From: Myxococcota bacterium
Lineage (GTDB): Bacteria > Myxococcota > UBA4151
Assembly (NCBI GenBank): GCA_040260805.1
Contig: JBDQPD010000088.1
Coordinates: 1 to 14,494, forward strand
Reading direction: 5' to 3'
Length of the DNA: 14,494 nt
Shown here: positions 1-7,049 of the stretch, one piece after another
Numbering within the stretch: the first letter of the stretch is position 1
Layout: the number at the start of each line of letters is the position of its first letter
Position numbers and translations under genes: made by a program
The notes under the pieces: model-generated
What the model was told of the DNA's origin: nothing
The model's database searches: none
Seen by the model: only the letters and a program-made list of their open reading frames with translations

Positions 1-171
<171 letters not shown>

Positions 172-174
172 CGC

Positions 175-561
175 CTACATCCCTGCGAAGGGGTTCCCCA
201 TGAAGAAGGGGTTCTCACCGGTTTCATGATCGGTGGTGTCGACGACCTCGGAGATCTGAGGAAACTCTTCCATCAGCGCCGTTTGAATACCGTACTGCAT
301 GGTCTGTGCGCTCGCCCCGCAGCCATGGCAACCACCCCCCATTTTCATCTCAACGATGCCGCTGTCCTCGCTCGCAGAGGTCACCTCAACCCAGCCACCA
401 TGAGAGGCTAGCGACGGGTTGATCATGTTCTCGACAAATTCCGAGATCTTTGCCTGAAAGCCGGTGGCCAGTGATTGAGCCTCCGACGTTTCCTCGGCAG
501 CGGCCTCTGACGTTTCCTCGACAGCAACTTCGACGTCGTCGCTTGTAGGCTCTTCGGACAT
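175..561 (-). CDS. NifU/NfuA-family Fe-S cluster carrier (Nfu domain only) with an acidic N-terminal extension
   Basis: Motifs INPSLASHGGWVE, GGGCHGC (CxxC) and C-terminal DTTDHETGENPFF are typical of the NfuA Nfu domain. Start moved from 612 to the ATG at 561 (MSEEPT..., 128 aa) because AGGAG lies just upstream. Confidence 0.88.
   Translation of the reverse strand: MSEEPTSDDVEVAVEETSEAAAEETSEAQSLATGFQAKISEFVENMINPSLASHGGWVEVTSASEDSGIVEMKMGGGCHGCGASAQTMQYGIQTALMEEFPQISEVVDTTDHETGENPFFMGNPFAGM
479..525. repeat. In-frame 24-bp-period tandem duplication encoding VEETSEA/AEETSEA in the acidic leader of the Nfu protein
   Basis: GCCTCCGACGTTTCCTCGGCAGC (479-501) versus GCCTCTGACGTTTCCTCGACAGC (503-525), 2 mismatches in 23 bp. 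Confidence 0.8.
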
Positions 562-711
562 GGCAGCTCCTAGAATCAAAATACCGGATCTCACTGGTCT
601 GAACCAGGCCACGGAGCTTTGAAATATTCTAGGCGAACGCGCAAGAGCTTTGGTCTAAGGTTTTGAGGCTTCCCAACCTGTGGTAGCGCCGGGCCAGAAA
701 AGGGGCGCGTA
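562..711. promoter_or_regulatory. Divergent promoter region between the Nfu gene and CBS; holds an inverted repeat, a TAGAAT -10-like hexamer and an ICE-like box
   Basis: CCTAGAAT (569-576) and ATTCTAGG (626-633) are perfect reverse complements. TAGAAT on the minus strand at 626-631. CTTTGAA-ATA-TTCTAGG at 617-633. GAGCTTTG direct repeat at 614-621 and 645-652. Confidence 0.45.
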
Positions 712-2088
712 ATGACTGATTCGCTCATGTCTGGAAGTGTCAATAATGTCCTTGAGGCTATCGGTGGCACCCCCATCGTCAAGCTCCACAAAATGGCGGC
801 GCATGTTCCTGCCAATATCTATGTGAAACTCGAATACCTAAACCCGGGAGGCTCGACCAAAGACCGTATCGGACTCAACATCATCAACCGCGCAGAGCGT
901 GAAGGGTTGATCCAACCGGGCGGGACCATCGTTGAAGCCACAAGTGGCAATACAGGGATGGGTTTAGCGCTAGTGGCTGCGATCCGTGGCTACCAATGCA
1001 TCTTCGTGATGCCGGACAAGATGAGCGAAGAAAAAATTGCGAGTCTGAGAGCTTTTGGCGCCCGAGTGGTGATCACTCCAACCAATGTCGAGCCCGATGA
1101 TCCTAGATCTTATTATTCGGTCAGCCGTCGCATCGCCGACGAGACCCCGAACTCATTTTATGCCAACCAATACTTTAACCCTTCGAACCCGGAATCGCAT
1201 TACCTGACGACGGGACCAGAGATCTGGGAACAAACCCACGGTGAAATCGATGTCTTTGTTTCAGGGCTGGGGACTGGCGGAACCATCAGCGGGACTGGGA
1301 AATACCTCAAAGAGCAAAACCCCAAGATCCGTTGTGTTGGCGGCGACCCCATTGGGAGCGTCTACTACGATCTCAAGCGCACCGGGAAGATGACCGAGGC
1401 GTTCTCGTATATGGTTGAGGGCGTGGGAGAAGATATTCTGCCCGGAACGATCGATCTCGACGTCGTCGATGAGATCGTTCAGGTCACCGACCGCGAAAGC
1501 TTCCACGCCAATCGTGACTTGGCTCGACTTGAGGGTGTGTTAACCGGCGGCTCCGGCGGCTTAGCGGTGATCGCAGCGATCAAATATGCCGAGAAAACTC
1601 AAAAGGAAGAGAACATCGTCGTGCTGATGCCCGATTCGGCGATGCGCTATCTCACCAAGCAGTTTAACGACACCTGGATGCTCGAGAATGGCTTTATGGG
1701 TCCGGAGCCGGGCGGTGACACGGTCGCTGATCTTCTCAACGGTCGCAGCGGCAGCGTCCTTTCGGTCTCGGCGCAACAAACGGTCGCCGATGCGGTCGGC
1801 TTGCTTAGAGACCATGACATCAGCCAAGCCCCCGTCCTCGACGACAGCAAGCTGGTCGGTGTGATCGATGAATCCAACTTGCTTGATCACCTCCTCGGCG
1901 GCGGTGACTCGACGGTGAGCGTCGGCGAGCTTGCGACTCAATCGTTCGCAACTGCCGAACCGGCAACGACGCTCTCGTCGCTCGCTCCGCAGCTCAAAAA
2001 CAACAAAGTGGTCCTAGCCATGGACCATGATCAGGTCGTCGGCGTGATCAGCCAGATCGATCTGATCGAGCGCATGGCGAAACTCTAG
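712..2088 (+). CDS. cbs: Cystathionine beta-synthase (PLP-dependent, CysK/CBS fold) with a C-terminal CBS-domain (Bateman) pair
   Basis: Motifs KLEYLNPGGSTKDR (PLP lysine), EATSGNTG, MPDKMSEEK, NQYFNPSNPESHY, GLGTGGTISG and VEGVGED. The last ~120 aa carry tandem CBS domains (DISQAPVLD...VGVIDE...VVGVISQIDL). The ATG at 727 is an alternative start. Confidence 0.9.
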   Translation: MTDSLMSGSVNNVLEAIGGTPIVKLHKMAAHVPANIYVKLEYLNPGGSTKDRIGLNIINRAEREGLIQPGGTIVEATSGNTGMGLALVAAIRGYQCIFVMPDKMSEEKIASLRAFGARVVITPTNVEPDDPRSYYSVSRRIADETPNSFYANQYFNPSNPESHYLTTGPEIWEQTHGEIDVFVSGLGTGGTISGTGKYLKEQNPKIRCVGGDPIGSVYYDLKRTGKMTEAFSYMVEGVGEDILPGTIDLDVVDEIVQVTDRESFHANRDLARLEGVLTGGSGGLAVIAAIKYAEKTQKEENIVVLMPDSAMRYLTKQFNDTWMLENGFMGPEPGGDTVADLLNGRSGSVLSVSAQQTVADAVGLLRDHDISQAPVLDDSKLVGVIDESNLLDHLLGGGDSTVSVGELATQSFATAEPATTLSSLAPQLKNNKVVLAMDHDQVVGVISQIDLIERMAKL

Positions 2089-3608
2089 ACCGACTCACCA
2101 TCGAGCACGGTGCCCTGAACCTCGACGTCGAGCCACCCGCGCTCGAGCGATCTCGGGTCGGCGCTCAACAAGGTCAGGTCGGCACAAAATCCAGGCTCAA
2201 AACGCCCAAACTCATGCTCTAAATGGACGGCATACGCCGCGCCCGAGGTAAAGCCGGCGAGCGACCCAGCGAAGTCCAAACAATGCGGCTCAAGCCAAGG
2301 CTTAGGTTCCTCGCCATCAGGGCTGTGACCAGTCCATGCCGCCTGCAGACCGGCTCGAGGGCAAACAGGCTCCACCGGCGCATCCGAGCCAAAAGCCATG
2401 GGCACGCCGTGCGTCTGCATCCGCTGCCAAGCATAAGAGCCCATCAGTCGGTCCAAACCGATCCAGGCTTCGGCCCAAGCCATATCTGAGGTTCCGTGGA
2501 CGGGTTGCATACTGGCGATGGCGCCCGATTGAGCCAACGCTTCAAAATCGTCGAGCGATACAATCTGCGTGTGCTCGATTCGATGGCGCAGGCGCCGGTC
2601 ACCCTGCTGAGCGGCTTCAATCGCACGAATCACCGAGCGATTAGCGGCATCCCCGATGGCGTGGGTTGCGCTTTGAAAGCCCATGCGCTGACACTGAGTA
2701 ATGCGCTCGACCAGATCCTCATCGCTGAGCAAAACCAAACCACGTGATGGGTCGTTGCAGTAGTTGCACAGCATCGCTGCGCCATGTGAGCCCAGCGCCC
2801 CATCTGCGAAGAACTTGATACCCATCAGCGTGAGTCGGCCGCCGGCGCCCTGCCAACGAAACCCACGCTCCTCAAGGAGGCGCCAGCTCTCTGGCTCATC
2901 ACGCAGGTAACAAAACACTCGCATCGGCAGCTGCCCGGCGGCGTCGAGGCGCTCAAGTTCGTAAAAGCTAGCGAGCGGCACATCCACGTCGTGAACCGCC
3001 GTCAGACCGGCGCTCACGCAGCGACGGATTCCCTCTTGCAGCCAACGCGCGACCTCTCGCCGTGTAGGTTCAGGTAAAATTCTAGCGACGAAAGGCATGG
3101 CGGTATCGACCAAAACGCCGGTCGCCCGACCTTGACCATCGCGCACCACTAAGCCGCCAAATGGATCCTGAGTTCGATCATCGATCCCCGCCTCGTTGAG
3201 TAAGCGCTGATTCACCCAGCAGGCGTGGCCATCTTGGCGCGTCAGATAGATGGGCTTATCGGTCAAACCTTCAAGGTCGGCCGCGCACGGCAAACGTTGA
3301 TCCCTAAAGCGTGTGTGATTCCAACTTCGGCCACGCACAGCATGAGCATCCGGGTTCTGGACCAACCATTCCCTGATGCGCTCACGCACCTCGGTGATTG
3401 AATCACACCCCATCAAATCGACCTGGTCGATCACCCAGCCCATTCCCATCAAGTGTAAGTGGCTATCGCAAAGACCAGGCACCGCCAGCGCGCCGGGGAG
3501 CTGTTTGATGGCTCCATCCGGCACAAAAATACGACCGTGATCACAGCCAAGCCGATCCAAAACATTGCCATGGGCGTCGATAAACTCAGGACCAACTAAT
3601 ATGCTCAT
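2085..3608 (-). CDS. Amidohydrolase family 3 metallo-hydrolase (YtcJ/NfdA-like), substrate unknown
   Basis: Motifs PGLCDSHLH (HxH), RQDGHACWVN, GIKFFADGALGSHGA, HAIGDAAN, HRIEHTQ, SMQPVH and GSDAPV. Start most likely the ATG at 3608 (507 aa) rather than 3686, but this is uncertain. The stop overlaps the CBS stop in a shared CTAG (2085-2088). Confidence 0.88.
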   Translation of the reverse strand: MSILVGPEFIDAHGNVLDRLGCDHGRIFVPDGAIKQLPGALAVPGLCDSHLHLMGMGWVIDQVDLMGCDSITEVRERIREWLVQNPDAHAVRGRSWNHTRFRDQRLPCAADLEGLTDKPIYLTRQDGHACWVNQRLLNEAGIDDRTQDPFGGLVVRDGQGRATGVLVDTAMPFVARILPEPTRREVARWLQEGIRRCVSAGLTAVHDVDVPLASFYELERLDAAGQLPMRVFCYLRDEPESWRLLEERGFRWQGAGGRLTLMGIKFFADGALGSHGAAMLCNYCNDPSRGLVLLSDEDLVERITQCQRMGFQSATHAIGDAANRSVIRAIEAAQQGDRRLRHRIEHTQIVSLDDFEALAQSGAIASMQPVHGTSDMAWAEAWIGLDRLMGSYAWQRMQTHGVPMAFGSDAPVEPVCPRAGLQAAWTGHSPDGEEPKPWLEPHCLDFAGSLAGFTSGAAYAVHLEHEFGRFEPGFCADLTLLSADPRSLERGWLDVEVQGTVLDGESV

Positions 3609-3724
3609 AACTTGAGTTTGTCGGCTGCAGCCACGCTCGGCAAGGTGGCGCGTTGTGATCGATAGAGCTTGAAGGATTTTGGCCAAACTCGTAGTGGCTC
3701 CGCCACTAGGAATCGGAGAACATC

Positions 3725-4900
3725 ATGGGCCTCAAATCGGATTGGTCGGAGACCGGCTTTGAAACTCGAGCCATTCATGGCGGTCAAGAACCGGACCCAA
3801 GCACCGGCGCGATTATGACCCCAATTTTTCAGACCTCGACCTACGTGCAATCGAGTCCGGGTGTGTTCCAAGGTTATGAGTACAGTCGAACCTCAAACCC
3901 GACCCGAGTGGCGCTTGAGGGTAATCTAGCCAGTATTGAAGGCGGCCGGTTTGCGCGGGCGTTCGCTTCGGGTTCGGCGGCAACCTCGGCGATCCTAGCC
4001 TGCCTAAACCCCGGCGATCACGTAGTCTGCGGAGACGACGTCTATGGTGGCTCGTTTCGATTGATGGACAAGGTCTATCAGCGTCTCGGGCTAGAATTTA
4101 CCTACGTCGACCAAACCGATCTTAACGCCGTGCGCGCAGCGATCCGATCGAACACGAAGCTGTGCTGGATTGAGACGCCGACCAACCCCACCCTCAAGGT
4201 GGTTGATATTGAGGCGATTTGCGAAATCTGTAACGCCGCTGATGTAGCGTCAGTGGTCGATAATACCTTCGCCACGCCGTACCTGCAGAGCCCCCTGGGC
4301 ATGGGTGCTACGATGGTCGCTCACAGCACCACCAAGTATCTGGGCGGACACAGTGATGTGGTTGGTGGTGCGGTGATCACCAATGATGAGGAGTGGATGG
4401 ATGCGATCCAGTTTATCCTGAACTCCATGGGCGGAAACCCGGGTCCTCAAGACTGCTTCTTGACCATGCGGGGGATCAAAACCTTGCACGTGCGGATGGA
4501 TCGCCACTGCGACAACGCGGAGCAATGCGCCGAGTTTCTAGCGAGCCACCCGATGGTGTCCAAAACCATCTATCCAGGTCTCTCGAATCACCCGCAGCAC
4601 GCCATCGCCACCAAGCAAATGTATCGCTACGGCGGCATGATCAGCTTCCATGTTAAGGGTGGGCTCGACGGAGCTCGTCGGTTTCTCGAGTCCGTGGAGG
4701 TGTTCAGTCTAGCAGAGAGCTTAGGCGGCGTTGAATCGCTGATCGAACACCCAGCGATCATGACCCACGCCTCGGTCCCCCCCGAGGCGCGTCAAGCCCT
4801 CGGAATTCATGATGACTTTATACGCTTGAGCGTCGGGATTGAATCGATCGACGATCTCATCGGTGACCTCGCTCAAGCGCTTGACCGGGCGAAAGGATAA
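3725..4900 (+). CDS. Cystathionine gamma-lyase/gamma-synthase (Cys/Met metabolism PLP enzyme, MetB/MccB/CGL family)
   Basis: Motifs TGAIMTPIFQTSTY, YEYSRTSNPT, ETPTNP, VDNTFATP, HSTTKYLGGHSDV (PLP lysine) and AESLGGVESL. SD GGAG upstream. Proximity to CBS favours gamma-lyase (inference). Confidence 0.9.
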   Translation: MGLKSDWSETGFETRAIHGGQEPDPSTGAIMTPIFQTSTYVQSSPGVFQGYEYSRTSNPTRVALEGNLASIEGGRFARAFASGSAATSAILACLNPGDHVVCGDDVYGGSFRLMDKVYQRLGLEFTYVDQTDLNAVRAAIRSNTKLCWIETPTNPTLKVVDIEAICEICNAADVASVVDNTFATPYLQSPLGMGATMVAHSTTKYLGGHSDVVGGAVITNDEEWMDAIQFILNSMGGNPGPQDCFLTMRGIKTLHVRMDRHCDNAEQCAEFLASHPMVSKTIYPGLSNHPQHAIATKQMYRYGGMISFHVKGGLDGARRFLESVEVFSLAESLGGVESLIEHPAIMTHASVPPEARQALGIHDDFIRLSVGIESIDDLIGDLAQALDRAKG

Positions 4901-4903
4901 GTC

Positions 4904-6484
4904 ATGTTTGATGCCGTCCGGCAGGGCTTTAAAAACGCCCGCTTGTCTTTATCGAGCAAACGCTCACTGACCGAAGCGGATCTCGACGAAGCCATCCGTG
5001 ATATTCGCCTGAGCTTGCTCGAAGCCGACGTCGAGTTTGGCGTCGTGAAGACCTTTTTGGCAGCCGTCAAAGAGAAGGCTCTAGGCGAGATTGTCCAGCT
5101 CGAAGCCGGTCAAGATAAGAAGCGCAAACGGGTCCGCCCTGGCGACCACTTCACCTACATCTGCCTCAAAGAACTCGAAGCGCTGATGGGGCCCCAAGAC
5201 ACGGACCTTGTCGGGAGTAAGTCCATCTCAGTGATGATGGTCGGCCTGCAAGGTTCAGGTAAAACCACGACCGCCGGCAAGATCGCTCGAAAGCTCAAAA
5301 AAGACGGCAGAAAGCCGCTTTTAGTCGCTGCTGATATCTATCGCCCAGCTGCGGTCGAACAGCTCAAGACGCTCGGTCGCCAGCTCGGTGTCCCCGTCTT
5401 TCACGAGCCGGGCGCTGACGCCGTCACTCAATGCGTCCAAGGTCAAAAGGAAGCCCACAAAAAAGGCTGCAATGCGATCATCTACGATACGGCGGGTCGG
5501 TTAGCGATCGACGCTGAGTTGATGGACGAACTCGAAGCCATCAAAGCACAGGTCGATCCCGGAAACATTCTGCTCGTGGTCGACTCCATGATCGGTCAAG
5601 ACGCGGTTCGGACCGCTGCCGAGTTCAATCGACGTTTGGAGATCTCAGGCTTCTGCCTGACCAAGCTCGACGGCGACGCGCGCGGCGGTGCGGCGATCTC
5701 GATCAAGGCGGTCACCGGTAAGCCCATCAAATTCCTCGGCATGGGTGAGACCACCGATAAGCTTGAGGTGTTTCGCCCTGAGGGGTTAGCTCAGCGCATC
5801 CTGGGAATGGGCGACATCACCAGTTTGATGGAGGACTTTGAGGACCTCGTCGATGAAGACGAGGCTGAGGCGGATGCGGCGAAGCTGCTCAGCGGTCAGT
5901 TCACCTTGGACGACTTCGTCAAACAGATCGATCTGATCGGTAAGATGGGCAACCTTAAAGGGGTCATGGATCGCATGCCCGGGATGGGCGAGCTCGCCGA
6001 CTCGGGACAGCTCGATGAAAAGATTCTGAGCCGGTTCAAGGCGATGATCCAATCCATGACGCCCGGCGAGCGCAATGAACCCTCTTTGATCAACGCCAGC
6101 CGCCGGCGACGCATTGCACGCGGCTCAGGGCATCAACCTGAAGCGGTCGCCGATCTGATCAAACGCTTTAACGGCATGAAACAGATGATGAGCGTGTTGG
6201 GCACCAACCCAGGACTCTTAGGGAACCTCCCGGGCTTCAAGCAATTTGCTGCGATGCAAAAGATGAAGGGCATGGACCCATCCAAAATGTTTGGCGACAT
6301 GCTCGGCGTACAGGGCGGCGGTGGAGGCCCGCAGCAGATGCAGCTACCTAGGGGCATGCCCCGAGGCTACACGCCGCCAGGTTACTCGGGCGGCAATGCG
6401 CCACAAGCGCGCAGCAATAAAGAAAGAGCGAAAGCCAAGGCAAAGCGTAAGGCCGCCAAGAAGTCCCGACGTAAGAAACGCTAA
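4904..6484 (+). CDS. ffh: Signal recognition particle protein Ffh (SRP54)
   Basis: Motifs LLEADV, GLQGSGKTT (P-loop), DIYRPAA, DTAGR, TKLDGDARGGAA, RILGMGD, and an M domain with IQSMTPGER and SRRRRIARGSG. SD AAGGA lies in the last codons of the upstream gene. Confidence 0.97.
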   Translation: MFDAVRQGFKNARLSLSSKRSLTEADLDEAIRDIRLSLLEADVEFGVVKTFLAAVKEKALGEIVQLEAGQDKKRKRVRPGDHFTYICLKELEALMGPQDTDLVGSKSISVMMVGLQGSGKTTTAGKIARKLKKDGRKPLLVAADIYRPAAVEQLKTLGRQLGVPVFHEPGADAVTQCVQGQKEAHKKGCNAIIYDTAGRLAIDAELMDELEAIKAQVDPGNILLVVDSMIGQDAVRTAAEFNRRLEISGFCLTKLDGDARGGAAISIKAVTGKPIKFLGMGETTDKLEVFRPEGLAQRILGMGDITSLMEDFEDLVDEDEAEADAAKLLSGQFTLDDFVKQIDLIGKMGNLKGVMDRMPGMGELADSGQLDEKILSRFKAMIQSMTPGERNEPSLINASRRRRIARGSGHQPEAVADLIKRFNGMKQMMSVLGTNPGLLGNLPGFKQFAAMQKMKGMDPSKMFGDMLGVQGGGGGPQQMQLPRGMPRGYTPPGYSGGNAPQARSNKERAKAKAKRKAAKKSRRKKR

Positions 6485-6487
6485 GGG

Positions 6488-6922
6488 CTAGCCGCGAAAC
6501 AATCGAATCAAGACCGGTTCCCCCTGGCTGTCGAGAACAACAGACACCAAGCCTAGTGAGTCATCGCAAAGGGATGAATCGGTCGGGCTCGACGCAAGGA
6601 CCTGCGCCTCGCCGGGTCTGACGTTGCTGTGAACATGCGCCGAGGCGCTGTTGGCAAAGATGGTGGCCAGATCCCCTACCAAGTCTTCAGTTTCTTGAGG
6701 CATCACCTCATCAGGTGGGACCATAAAAACCTTAGCCGCCAGCTCAAACGCGTAGGATTTTGACAAGCTGACTGCCACTCCGCCGCCTGCCTCGAAACGG
6801 GCGACCCCGGTCATGACATCACCATTTAATACCGTACTCGCAGCATCGGGTAAGGCTGTAATACCGAGGAACTCACTCCACACTTGGCAGGCTAGTTTGA
6901 GTAGTTCGTTGGTACTGAGCAC
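6488..6922 (-). CDS. CheX-like (CheC/CheX phosphatase fold) protein, apparently with a degenerate active site
   Basis: 144 aa. N-terminal helix QVWSEFLG, strand MTGVARF...GGVAVSL, helix AFELAAKVF, then [12 protein letters not shown], which aligns by eye to the CheX pattern DAxGExxNxxxG. GTG start preceded by GAGGA. Confidence 0.65.
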   Translation of the reverse strand: MLSTNELLKLACQVWSEFLGITALPDAASTVLNGDVMTGVARFEAGGGVAVSLSKSYAFELAAKVFMVPPDEVMPQETEDLVGDLATIFANSASAHVHSNVRPGEAQVLASSPTDSSLCDDSLGLVSVVLDSQGEPVLIRLFRG

Positions 6923-6945
6923 GTCAGTTCCTCACGCTCGCATAA

Positions 6946-6975
6946 GATTTACGGACCAGCGCCATCATGAGTCAA
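6946..6975 (-). promoter_or_regulatory. Possible sigma70-type promoter of the cheX-like gene
   Basis: Minus strand TTGACT (6970-6975), 18-bp spacer, TAAATC (6946-6951). The -35 is good and the -10 weak. Confidence 0.35.
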
Positions 6976-6997
6976 AGACGAGTCTCAGGTCGACCCC

Positions 6998-7026
6998 TTG
7001 CCGACCCGCTGTGCAAGCGGCATGGT
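6998..7026 (+). promoter_or_regulatory. Possible sigma70-type promoter of kbl
   Basis: TTGCCG (6998-7003), 17-bp spacer, CATGGT (7021-7026), followed by SD AAGGGG (7039-7044) and ATG 7050. Confidence 0.35.
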
Positions 7027-7049
7027 CCGGCCGTGATCAAGGGGATGCC

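Noticed and set aside
562..612. 17-aa N-terminal extension of the Nfu protein in the ORF track
   Set aside because: A clear AGGAG precedes ATG 561, and the extension crosses the probable regulatory region.
3609..3724. SAM riboswitch ahead of cgl (also looked for ahead of cbs)
   Set aside because: No SAM-I (ATC.AGAG...GCAACC...GAT) or SAM-II consensus could be found by eye.
6347..6366. Palindrome CCT-A-GGGGCATGCCCC-G-AGG near the end of ffh as a terminator
   Set aside because: It lies inside coding sequence (PRGMPRG), has no U-tract and is plausibly chance in GC-rich low-complexity codons.
6813..7049. 79-aa N-terminal extension of Kbl in the ORF track
   Set aside because: It overlaps the cheX-like gene. 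Kbl similarity and the SD both point to ATG 7050.
6923..7049. Glycine riboswitch upstream of kbl
   Set aside because: Only TCTCAGG is present. The GGAGA and CCGAAG elements are missing, so a canonical aptamer is not supported.
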